From positions 1,984,795 through 2,048,794 of the forward strand of contig NW_002060952.1 of the NCBI RefSeq assembly GCF_000150275.1: a DNA stretch of 64,000 nt, in the 5' to 3' direction. The DNA comes from Trichoplax adhaerens. Lineage: Eukaryota > Animalia > Placozoa. The notes beneath the pieces were generated by a model that was not told where the DNA came from, did not search any database, and saw only the letters and a list, made by a program, of their open reading frames with translations. The position numbers and the translations under genes were made by a program. Below, in pieces: positions 52,244 to 64,000 of the stretch (within the stretch, counting starts at the first letter, position 1; each line of letters begins with the position of its first letter).

Positions 52244-55055
52244 GGACAAAAATAGTGCACCACGACTATTACCGAAATACTAGCATGGAGTATGGCATGT
52301 AATTTAGATGAATTAAATCAAGTAATTTTTATGTACAGTTAGCTGCTTTAAGCATAAAGTGGCTCCAAACCTAGACTTCAATTTGCTAACAGTAATATAA
52401 CATTATTGTACTAATTCATTTTACATATGATCTAAGTGAAACGTTGCAATACCGCAAATATTTATACTGTAGTTGTTATTAGTGATATCGAAGAGTAATT
52501 TTTACTCTAATTCCTAATTGTACCATCGATTTTTAAGACTCACTGCATAGATTATATCATTATAAGCATTGTAAGAGCTATAAATTATCGTAGCCCTTCT
52601 CTAACAGCGAAAACTAGATAATCTCTTTAATGTGAGTGTGATTAGTTTGTTTGTACATTATTCAAATTTTTTTATAAAACGGTTCTCTATTAATTAATCC
52701 TGAAATCATGGAACAGTCAATAAATCGGATATTACTACGAAACATAGACAATCTATCAAACTACTTGAAGAGATATGCAAGTAACTATAGCTGAGTACGG
52801 TATGAACTATCAGTTTTCAAATTATGTGGCAATGCATTCATATTTGGAATATGACAGATATTAAATCTTGAAATCAATGCATTCAAAATCATGTGTGATA
52901 TTCGATTACGAACTGAATACAATGATCTAATCTCGAGAATGTACTCACCATCTATGGTACAATTGTTACCATTGCACTTAGCCGCTATATTATTTACAAA
53001 GCAATTTAGTAGATTTGATATCCATCTCATCGTTAGATATTGAAGGCGATCTAATCGTCTATTTTTGAAGAATATTGAGGATAACCTGCAAATCTTTAGC
53101 TTGATGTTATATTAATATGTGAACTAATATAAACTAGGTGCAACAGACTACCTGACCAGTAGCCTTTCCGTGATAATTACAGTTTATTAGGAATCCTGTA
53201 CGAATTAATGATCTTTAATTAGCACAATTATTAACATTAAACTACTCTATCGCAGTATTGCAGTTATTTATTAACAAACACGTGTATGCGAAAACTTTGA
53301 TAGAAGTAAGTTTTAAACCATACAAGGTGGAAATAAGATTATGTTAAGAGAATGAATGTAATATTGATATCGATATATCCTACATAGCCAAGGCTGAGAT
53401 AAAATTTAAAATTTGTGCCTCCTCCTACATCAACTTAACAGGCTGTTACATCTTAAATAGATATGAATTCAAGTTCATGTATATCTGGAGAATCATTCAT
53501 GACCAAATTTTTTAAGTTGACCCAATCATGAGAAAGAATTTAAATTTCATTATGAAGTCTTTCATATAGTGTGGCTTGATTAGAGCCTGATAGCATTCTC
53601 AATATTGCTTTCAACAAGATTTGAAATAGAAATTAGATGAATATCGACCTTAACTTTACTAACTAAAGAATAGGTATGGTAAACGTAGTGATTTAAGTTT
53701 TGTTTGCTATGTTGAAACTAATACGAATTAGTCCTTGTCAGTGCTACTGCCATACGAAAAGTTAGAACTCTCTATTGTTAATCATCTCGATAAGTGTATA
53801 CTCATTAACAAGTGGTCTAATTTGTATTATAACAGATGAAATAACATCCTCAAAGTCAATATACAGTACTCACTGATAACTGGATGTTACTTATCACTAG
53901 CGTAATATTTGCACCTATGCTTTGAAGTAGGTATCATTTAGTTTAGTAAGTATATCCGAGGGCTTCTAGATTGATTGCAATGATGTAATAATGCAATCCT
54001 GCTGTAGGATACTCTAAGCTACAATAGGTGTAACATGAAAGCCCATAGAATCTCCTTGTCAGCAAAGTAGACGCATAGCTAGACATGGAGGACCATCAAA
54101 GGACAACATTATCGACAGATTTAAGCCGAGCGTCACATTTCGGACTATTAAAATAATATCCAAACAGCACAATAATTAGAAACTAGGATATTATAAACTA
54201 TAATACTTATCATGGCTTTATTTAAATCATAGCTAACGGATGTTTTTCTTGATAAATGTGTCGCTTTCTAGATTACTTATATCGATCGTCTTTTCTTGTT
54301 ATATAGCTTCGTTATATACAAATTAATTTTGTCAAGAAACAGTTAATTTTAACTTGAATACATAAATTGATAGCTCAAATTAAACAACGAATTCCTTTTT
54401 TGTCTTGAGCTTGTTATTTCATCATTACAATTTGTACCGGGAAATTTGACATTTAATGTTATAAAAATATTCACAATGCATGTTGATAACCTTACTTTTA
54501 CAATTAAATCTGTTTAATTAGATATAATATAATATATTATCAGTTACCACGGAATTTGTTATTAAAACATTATTTATCCCTATTACCCTATAGTATAGTT
54601 ACGGTTAATTCAGAATGAGAAACGAAATTTACACATATCGCTCATCTTTAGAAACAAAGAAAGGCCTGAAGGTAAAATCTGCCAAACTTAGATACGAAAC
54701 AACAAATTTTGTTGTAAATTGATTCCCAAGCCTAGGTAAGGTCTAAAGAATTAGCCAAGTGTAGAAAAATTATTACAGCACTGCAATTTATAAAATAAAA
54801 TTTCTATAAATCAGATATCAGATGTTAATTGTCAATTCATGCTTAATATTAAATCGCTTTGAATATGTTAACTTTATCCGTAATTGAACATCTTTAATGT
54901 CTGTTATGGTACATCCGCAGCGACATACGAGATGAACTTCTTAACATAGGAGTTATTACAAAGTATAGATCATGCTTAATAAGCAGCAGCCAATTATCTC
55001 GCTTTATCTTTCGATTACGCAAAAATTAACACCATACAGATGCATCTCAAGCATT

Positions 55056-55958
55056 CTATAACTTTTCTTCAATGAATTGGATTAGTTTGATACGCTCCTC
55101 ACGATCCATGTCCAACCTCTTAATCCGATCTAATTGTCTAGTACGCCTCTCTTTCGTGGCTAATTCCAGCCTTCTACGTTCAGCTTCTAAATTAGCAATA
55201 TCAACATCTAACTCCTTACCTTCAATATCAAGGAGACGACTTTGATAATGGTAATATTTTTCCGTTGTATTTTTTAACAAGTGAATCAATTGACGCAAAT
55301 CATCAGTAGGTGATGACGACAGATTTGGATGTTTCCATCGTTTACTAATCTGGCTGTCGTCTCCTCTAACACCATCTAGACCATTTTCATCGTTGGATTC
55401 ATCGTGATCATTAGATTCATTGTTTTCCTCCAAAATTTCATCTCTTGATCGTTTCTTATGACGTATCCTACCATTATTATTATTATTACTGGCCATAATA
55501 GATGATCGATGATATCGATCACTACGACCGGTGCTACTTTGGCTTGCTGAAAAGGTTACAGCAGAGCCAGATTGGTTGCTAGAACCTGGTAGATTTATAC
55601 TATCACATTTTTGACGGCTTAATTCCAGTTGACGTAATAATCGCAATTTTTCATCAGTTTCTTCACTGGTTTCATCGCTTGCTGCTATTTTTTCAATGTT
55701 ATTATGAGCAAGATAGGAAAGTAACAATTTTACCCGATCTCGACAACGTGTTGCACTTGATGGCATTCCTTGATCTTGCATGATACGACTGACTTTAGCC
55801 CAACTTTTCATAATTGTACCATAATTTCGGGTAAATGGACTAATTATGACTGCCGTCTGTAACAGCATTAAATCTTCAACAGATGTATAAAACTTCTTGC
55901 ACTCACGTTTTCGAGGTGATGCAGTAACACTATTACAATACGTCTCCTGATCGCTCAT
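55056..55958 (-). CDS. Intronless Myb/SANT-like (trihelix/MSANTD-type) DNA-binding protein with C-terminal coiled coil
   Basis: 300-aa ORF with YTSVEDLMLL..SPF..G..W.KV...M......SATRCRDRVKLLL in the Myb/SANT-like spacing, a low-complexity S/N/D/E linker, a basic NLS-like RHKKRSR, and an E/R/L-rich heptad tail. Confidence 0.7.
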   Translation of the reverse strand: MSDQETYCNSVTASPRKRECKKFYTSVEDLMLLQTAVIISPFTRNYGTIMKSWAKVSRIMQDQGMPSSATRCRDRVKLLLSYLAHNNIEKIAASDETSEETDEKLRLLRQLELSRQKCDSINLPGSSNQSGSAVTFSASQSSTGRSDRYHRSSIMASNNNNNGRIRHKKRSRDEILEENNESNDHDESNDENGLDGVRGDDSQISKRWKHPNLSSSPTDDLRQLIHLLKNTTEKYYHYQSRLLDIEGKELDVDIANLEAERRRLELATKERRTRQLDRIKRLDMDREERIKLIQFIEEKL

Positions 55959-57843
55959 GCTTTGGAATTTTGTGTCACTAGCTCTTAAAATTTGGCACAG
56001 TTAACGCTTGTTTAATTATAAATCATTAATGGGTAATTCCAGGATAAGCCTAATCGACACACCAGTAGTATTTTTATCCACGTAATTATGACAAAAAATT
56101 GATAAGTGAACCTGTTTATGAGATAGCTCAAAATATACAGGGTTATTGAGTTCGATGCATGCTGTGCAATGAGTCGTAACCAAGCTATCAATGCTTCTGA
56201 TATCTTTTATTTTAAGCAAGAACTGATCACTTAGATAAAGAATTTTATCATATCAATAGTTTCGAGACTTAAGAATTGCACACAGACAGTAACAGAGGCA
56301 TCACATTTGCAACCTACGGCTCATTGATATGCTACTATGAAACTCTCCTGCATATTGGTTTCTGTGTTTAACTGAATCTGTTCATCTTAAAATTCCTTCA
56401 AGCTGGTACCCAAACATACCCAAAACAAACGTAATTCACTCTCGTCAATTTATTGATCAAGGTAGCATCGGTTGAACCGATCTTAACACGAATATAGAAA
56501 GGTTATTTGTTCAACAAACTGATGATTATAGATGACAGTATAATTAAAACGGTAGCATACTGATTCAATTATCAGTCACGATATAGTAATAGCAAGAAAA
56601 GTCTATAGGTAAATAATAATTTAGCGATACTACATTATCATTACAAGCAAGAATTTGTAACATGTAATATAAAATAAGACGACATAACGTGAAAAAATTG
56701 CTTGGAAGTGATAATATTTTCTCATTATACTAGGAACAAAGCTTGCTGTTGTCACGAAATTCCAAGCGCGTAAACATTGACTGACAGTCATAAATATCGA
56801 ATGGTATATAGCTCATGAGCTAATACCATGACGCTGCGATAAATGTTCGATAATTATAATCCAGCGAAAAAAGATACAGTGTTGAAGGCTTGAATTACTT
56901 GGCTGATGCCCACAGTCAAAGCCACTGAACTATACATTTAGTATCGTACAAGGTAAAAAATTATCGTTGCTACATGTTGGTAGGATATGATCGATTCATA
57001 AATGTGAATTGACACTTACGTTTTATAAAGCTATGGCTTAAACAATTACTATAACAAGACCGATGAAACATAACGTAATATGTATACTATCTAACAAGAT
57101 TGTTAGCCTTTTTAAATACCAAGAGTAAGGATAACCACGGAAAACGAATAATGTTAACGTTCACAACAATTTAAGTATGAAGACAACAATCTGACGAGTT
57201 GTCATCATTATCATTATCTAAGAAAGTAACGTGCTTTCCTTTCAAGTTTAATTGTAACAGCATTATAATTTTAAAAGTTCATAAAGGCAAGCAGATTTAC
57301 TCATTACAATAATTCTAGTTCTACAGTACTATAAATTAGATATTGAATAAGTAATAAGTACCAATAATACATTGCAAGAATTCTATTGATACGTGAATTT
57401 TTACTAGACGAAAGATTGCAATGTCAGATAAATTCCGAGAAGTTGTACATAAAATTCTTTCATGCTTATGATGAATGCATTTAGTCTATTGTAGCTATGG
57501 ACAAGAATTGACGCTGGCTTCTATTAAACGTACAGTATAACATTTAACATCAGTGAATTTTTAGCAATGCAATAAACAAAGTTACGCTAATTTAATTAAT
57601 TCTGATACATCTTCCAATTATATGAAGTCGTTAACTAAATCACTTTAACATTATATACAGTAAGCAATCGTACGGATTTACATGCGATGCCTTAACTTGT
57701 ATCACCGATCGAATTGTGCACTCTATACCATAGAAATATTGTCTTTAAATTTTCCAACTAGAGCGTTATTTTTTACCTAAACGACCACAATAAGCCATAA
57801 GGGAGTACAAATTGTACCTTGGACATAAAATATATTGTCTACA

Positions 57844-59425
57844 TCAACAAGTTTCCATAGATTCTGTGTTGTCGGTCGTAATATCGTCCCAATCGATTTT
57901 GAATCTTGTTATTCGCGGATTTGTATCTAGGATATTCCGTTGCAGCTATAAAAGTACCATATAATATATATGTTATTGAAGTATATTCATTCTCTTAGTT
58001 ATTACTACCCAGGTACATTATTAAAAGCCATCCGAAGAACTCGGTCGAATAATTACTGTAAGATCTTTATTGTTATATCGAGAATAGCCAACTTTACATA
58101 CATATTCTTATAATTTTTATTTCGTAGATATACACTCTATAGGTAGGATAGATGCAGTAATCCTTCAGTATACGCATATTATCCATATGCATGTCACTTA
58201 CCTTATCGAAAATGGGAGAACTAGGAGGATTCTCGCGTAATTCTTCATCAATATACTCATTGTTGACAAAGTAACCAATGCGAATAAATTCATGATTGCG
58301 ATAGCAACATGTTAATAATATTACCGTGACACCAACGACATCATCAATCGGCAGCTTACGTGGATCAGGTGGTTCAGCCTGTGTTCATATAACAAATAAT
58401 GTCAGTGCAAGTCAATACTCAATAAAATTACTAACAATAGCATGATCAATAGCACTTTCCATCAACTTTGTAAATTGCATGTACAGTACAAGATGTTCAG
58501 TATGCCTACAGTAGCTAATTAATGGTAAGCACGTCATTAAAATGATAATCCGTAACTAACGTCCAGTTTTAGCAATTTTTAAAAGCGTCATTAATGGTGC
58601 TACAGCTACGTATTGCTACAACATTCATACCGCGGAGCAGAATGAAATCGATTTCAATCAGCTCATACCAAGCAGAAAAGTATTATCAGTATCTTTGTAT
58701 TGAGGATAATCAAGTTTAACATACACTTGTTAAAACTTGATTGCAATGCATGATGAATTACCTGAAATACAAACATGTGCTTTCCGGTAGGAACAGGTCC
58801 TACTAAAACCGAATCTAATAACTGGTCGTACTTTTCATCACTAGCAGAACCCACGTAAATCAATTTCCATTCAAGATCTAGAGTAATCCATTCGAGAAAA
58901 TAGTAGATTTAATTATCTTGCATAATTTATCGATAATTTCAGTTAGTCTATTAATTAAGCCGATAGTTGAACATTAAAATGATTTGTGCTCAAGCTAGTC
59001 CATTGAGTTGCACCTCTAAGCATGTCTAGTAGACTCAAGCCAGTCAATTAAACTACTGTACGGGTATTCCAAACCGATCTAGTGGCGTACAACTAGTCAT
59101 TGGAATTATTATTTTACGAGATTTACTAATGTATCCTATCTACTAGTCATGACAGAGAGTCTGTCTTGAGTTAGTATCATGTCCTGCAGATAAGTATGCA
59201 AAAGGCCCAACAAGGACTACACTGCTGTTGGCCGTTAGGTTGAAGAAAAAAAAAAATTTCACAGCAGCATTTTTTTGCAATGGCTGGACAAAGTTTTTAC
59301 ATTGATAGAATCATACCGTCAGGTAAATTTTCCATGCATTCAAAGGTAATTTCAAATTGAAAGGGATTATTGGATCTTGTTGGATTATCCAGTACCAAGA
59401 CATTACAGACATTGACTTTAGCCAT
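57844..59425 (-). CDS. ASF1: Histone H3-H4 chaperone ASF1 (4 exons, about 167 aa)
   Basis: Exons 59425-59317 ([31 protein letters not shown]), 58877-58762 ([37 protein letters not shown]), 58378-58202 ([26 protein letters not shown]) and 57945-57844 ([17 protein letters not shown]). Confidence 0.97.
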
Positions 59426-60164
59426 GATTTCCTAACCTAGTTCGCTGGGAAGTCCGTGTATATCAAAAAAATCAACCAGCAGTGATTTCAACTCGCTTTT
59501 CGCAGGCAGACAAGGGAGATTGCAAGCACACCAATGGATATCCAACTTGTCACTACCACAACTAATCTCAATGGAAAATCTTAGTTAGCAATTGAATGAA
59601 TGGATCCTACAGCTCTGTCTGTCAAAATTCCAGTTTTAAAGGGCAATAAATCGTTCTAAACTAGGTAAAAGCCTACAAGACAGCAATTGCCAAAGGAATC
59701 CTGAGCAAAGAAATCTTTTCAATGAAGGCAAAATAGATAATATCTTTCGGCTGACTTTTGTAGGCGGCGTACTAGTAGTGTCAACTTGTCGATGCAGTAC
59801 GTGCAACATGGGTGAACTGTATGGTGGATGTTCGTTGGTTAACACGATGGCCAATAAGAGCATGAAGTCCATTTTATCAATAAAGTGGACTTGGTACTGT
59901 AGGCAATATTGCAGGCATATATTGGTGACATTATTTTTGCTAGTGATGGTAATGCAAGCAATGAAACTATTATCAATGCCAAAGGATATTGTAGAGTACT
60001 AGACACATGACTAGCAAAAATAATGTCTCTATTAAATGCCGACAGAAAAGAGCAATGAAGACAAGACTTGTACCGTGTACAGTCCAGCTACTGTGAATTG
60101 TACTGTAAGCACGAATCTGGCGCCAAATGTAGACCAGGTGACCAAAGTCAGGAATTACGTTACA

Positions 60165-61160
60165 GTACCAGATAGCAAAGTAGGTCCCGCCTCAGTACTC
60201 ATTTCTTCTGTATCATCGACTAACTGACTTCTTCGTAAGCCATGACTGTACAGTATCTGGTAATGTAGAACCTATACAGTACGGTCTATATTATATTAGT
60301 ATATTAATAGTACCAGATTCCAAAGTAGGTCCGGCCTCGTTACTCATTTCTTCTGCATCATCGACTACTTATTTCTTCGTAGTCCATAACTGTATCTACT
60401 GTAGTAATGTATAACATATACGGTCTATATTACTGTATATTAGTATATTAGTAGTACCAGATTCCAAAGTAGGTCCCGCCTCATTACTCATTTCTTCTGT
60501 ATCATCGACTACTTACTTATTTCTTCGTAGTCCATCACTCTATCTAGTAATGTATAACATATATGGTCTATATTACTGTATATTAGTAGTACCAGATTCC
60601 AAAGTAGGTCCCGCCTCATTACTCATTTCTTCTGTATCATCGACTACTTACTTATTTCTTCGTAGTCCATCACTCTATCTAGTAATGTATAACCTATATG
60701 GTCTATATTACTGTATATTAGTAGTACCAGATTCCAAAGTAGGTCCCGCCTCATTACTCATTTCTTCTGTATCATCGACTACTTACTTATTTCTTCGTAG
60801 TCCATCACTCTATCTAGTAATGTATAACATATACGGTCTATATTACTGTATATTAGTATATTAGTAGTACCAGATTCCAAAGTAGGTCTCGGCCTCAGTA
60901 CTCATTTCTTCTGTATCATCGACTACTGACCTATTTCTTCGTAGTCCATGGCTGTATCTAGTAATGTACAATGTACTGACTTATTAGATTGTACAGTATA
61001 TACGGTCTATATTATATTACTATATTAGTAGTACCAGATTCCAAAGTAGGTCCCGGCCTCAGTACTCATTTCTTCTGTATCATCGACTACTGACTTCTTT
61101 CTTCGTAGTCCATGGCTGTATCTAGTATTGTATAACATGCATGTACGGTCTATATTAGTC
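60165..61160. repeat. Minisatellite, 7 copies of a 135-165-bp unit, upstream of ASF1
   Basis: GTACCAGAT..CAAAGTAGGTC starts at 60165, 60310, 60454, 60589, 60724, 60867 and 61031. The central copies are nearly identical. Confidence 0.96.
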
Positions 61161-62670
61161 AGTGGAAACATGAACTTTTGCAATTTACGCGGTAGTTTTG
61201 AGCAACAAAATTCATATTTTCGCTTTACTACTGCTTGAGCGTTAATGCTTGCGTACACTTAGAAGCTACTCGGGGAAAAAAGGGACCCCCAAGAATGAGC
61301 GAGTAGTCCTTGACCGTAAATCATACTGCGGTTGGGTATGGTTACTTTAGGACCGAAATAACGATCACTATACTGTAGATAGAGTATAAGGAAGAGCTAT
61401 TAATTAATTAATGAGCAACGGGGATTTACACGCTCGCAAGTATTATAATCTTGCTTGCTACACAGTAGTTTAGCCAAGCTTCACATCAAAACTCAGAAGG
61501 TGAAGCAGTTTACTGCCTACTGTACCCAGTCAATAGGACATAACTATTCTCTGGGGGAAATTAAATGACGTGAATTCATTGCTATGCGGGATTTTACATC
61601 CTTATAAAGCAATGCCCTCTAGTAAATACGATTGTAAATAGGGCTATATATAAAGTTGATTCTCCCTGATGGGCTGGGATAGTTGGTTGCAAATCTCAAC
61701 ACTCCATATTTCGCTCCTTAATCACACTGTAATATCTCTTTATTACTGGTAGGCGAAAGATGGAAAAAATCATGCCATTGATCTAGATTGATAAACAATG
61801 AACGTTTACAAGAGTAAGCGCGATTCGGTAACACTATTTTACTACTTTGCAGCTCGGTAGCAAAATATGGAAAAAAATAAATGATACCGTTAATTTGGAT
61901 TGACAATCAGTACATCTTTACAAAAGCCACCGCCATACATGAATAGTACAGTTAGGTTACAGTATTACAAGTACATCCTTTAGATTAACAAACTAATATT
62001 CATGGTGACTGCTCGAAGCACTGTACCATGGACTAATAAAAGAAAATCTAGTGCTGCAGTCCATGAGTGTACAGTAGTACAATACTCCTCACCAGGTCCA
62101 TACAGTGCAAATACTACACTAATGTACAAGTTGTGGTAAATAATCCATTTACAATAGAAATTAGACAAATAAAAATGATAACTTACGACTTTCAGTTACA
62201 GTTAAATCTATTCGCAGACCGCGAAAACTATTCAATATTCGCCGTAAAAAATAGATAATCAACAGTCACAAATGGATCGATATACAAGTCGATTCTACTC
62301 TTTCAAAGTAATCATCAAACGACGTCGGATACACACTACTGTAAAACATATCCAACAAAGTCTCGTCCTATTCAAATTAATTTCTTCCAGGCTTTAATTC
62401 ATCATATACGATAATCGATAACTTTATATTTTTAGTTTAACATTTCGATGTTTACTTCTGTATCATAAAAATAAATCTGCTGAAGATAAGAACACATGCT
62501 CAAGATAAAATCAATTGCGATACCGTCAATAAAAACGATACCATGGGTAAAATCGATAACGCGGTACCACAATCAAAGTCGAGAAAATTTATGGCTCAAT
62601 TAGAGCTTCATATCCACTCCCCTTGTCCCTATTTTTATACAGAACGTAATGCTGAAATATAAAAAGAATA

Positions 62671-62720
62671 NNNNNNNNNNNNNNNNNNNNNNNNNNNNNN
62701 NNNNNNNNNNNNNNNNNNNN
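62671..62720. other. Assembly gap (50 N)
   Basis: Run of N characters. Confidence 1.
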
Positions 62721-63005
62721 CAGGTAGAAAATCGCTCAAGGAACTGTAATGAACATTATAAAATTAGTTAAGCATCTAATTTTCGATTTTAACCATATTA
62801 TAAAATCGAATGTGAGTAATTAAGTATCACAATGACAAGGTCAATAATCTCTAGTTTTTAAGAACGAGAAATTTATTTCGAAAATAGTTTTAACCTTACC
62901 CCTCTGCTAGTAATCGCTTTTTTGAACTGGCTGTGATCAATATTTTCGTCATCATCACAGACTGCTGTGAAGGAATTCTTAAACCATTCTAATTTCTTCT
63001 TTCGG
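62721..63005 (-). CDS. Partial EF-hand protein resembling the NOX5 N-terminal Ca2+-binding region; interrupted by the gap
   Basis: Exon 63005-62900 reads RKKKLEWFKNSFTAVCDDDENIDHSQFKKAITSRG and splices in phase 0 to 62743-62721 FLERFST. This parallels the NOX5 pattern W..F..IAG.D.EI...FK.AL..|F.ERFF. Confidence 0.5.
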
Positions 63006-64000
63006 CTATAAATTTACATAGAAATAAAATGGAATACGGGTTAAATTTAATGATTAATGGTATCAGTGGTAATGAGATTTTTCAGCGTAAGCAATAACAA
63101 AACCAAAGGAAGAAATGATTGATCTAACTAAATTAATTTTGTCTCATTAGCAAACTCAGTATGATAAAACTTGACGTTCGCTTTATAACGAACACCTTAA
63201 ATCTAAATGTTATTATTACCGGTGTAAAAAGTAAAAATGGATCAGAGGCGACTATTACTAGTCTATTAGTACCGGCACCGAATTAAAAGGTTCAGACTCC
63301 TTGTCAATATTAAAATTTTCTCTACAATTATAGGTAAATATTCTGTTTAATTACAATATTAACAGGATGCTGTAGATCAGTATGTACAGTAAATAACCGA
63401 AATTTTATTAAAATATGAAGGAAAAATGGCGTTAGTAGTCAAAATAATTTTGTTCATGTCGAAATGACGGCAAATATGATAATTGAATTGATAGAGGATG
63501 TGAGTACCATTGAAATTTGTACACATTAACATAATAAGTGATTGTAGTGCTGTCGAGAGAACTGCGTGTATAGATAGATATACTTATAGGACGTGGCAGG
63601 ATATTAGATTGCGACAAGAAATAATATTTAATAACATACAGTACTATTAACTAGTCACTGCTTAAATGCTAGCAAATAGTGGTATTGTATTAAATCCGAA
63701 AAGCATTTCCCGTATTGTCAAAAACCATTTGAGGAAACTTTTAACATAATATTAATGCATTTAATTTTCATTTAAAATTGACTGTTAGCTATAAAGTAAG
63801 CAAGTATTTCATTCATGAAATTTCTAGATATCATAAGATTTTTCACTAGTATTGGAGTCAAGGCCTCAAAAATACCAGATTGAATGTACACTATTATCAG
63901 CGATATGCTATCAAAGATTAATTATTTTTAATGCTGCTTAATATTATGCTGTACTAAGATTACGCATAGCAAATATTGCTATAATTCTTTAAAAGTAGTT

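Noticed and set aside
52785-53200. Possible small spliced minus-strand gene
   Set aside because: Splice-like sites exist, but the phases give only a very short product with no recognisable homology.
60165-61160. CRISPR-like array or 45-aa repeat protein (ORF 60550-60864)
   Set aside because: The sequence between the conserved blocks is also repeated, so there are no unique spacers, and there are no cas genes in this eukaryotic context. The ORF arises because 135 is divisible by 3 and it is broken in other copies.

Overview
AT-rich eukaryotic (animal) genomic DNA with many short GT-AG introns. The compact gene structure plus an intronless bacterial-type lysA suggest a placozoan such as Trichoplax; this is an inference, not a verified identification. 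Left to right: the 3' end of an SLC1/EAAT glutamate-transporter gene; an intronless bacterial-type diaminopimelate decarboxylase (lysA, minus strand) with a probable 5'UTR intron; a (CAGTA)n-rich spacer containing a MITE-like inverted-repeat element; a complete second SLC1/EAAT paralog; and about 11 kb with no assignable gene. Next come two small spliced stand-alone SCP2 (sterol carrier) domain genes that the ORF track largely misses. I reconstructed them by hand; they end in the peroxisomal signals AKL and SKL and lie in tandem behind a full SCPx thiolase-SCP2 gene. Then follow a 200-bp tandem repeat and an RFX X-box in the divergent SCPx/WDR63 promoter, the axonemal dynein intermediate chain WDR63/DNAI3, an intronless Myb/SANT-like gene, ASF1, a second minisatellite, an assembly gap and a NOX5-like EF-hand gene fragment. 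The most interesting signals are the apparently domesticated, horizontally acquired lysA sitting between amino-acid transporters and the hidden three-gene peroxisomal SCP2 cluster.
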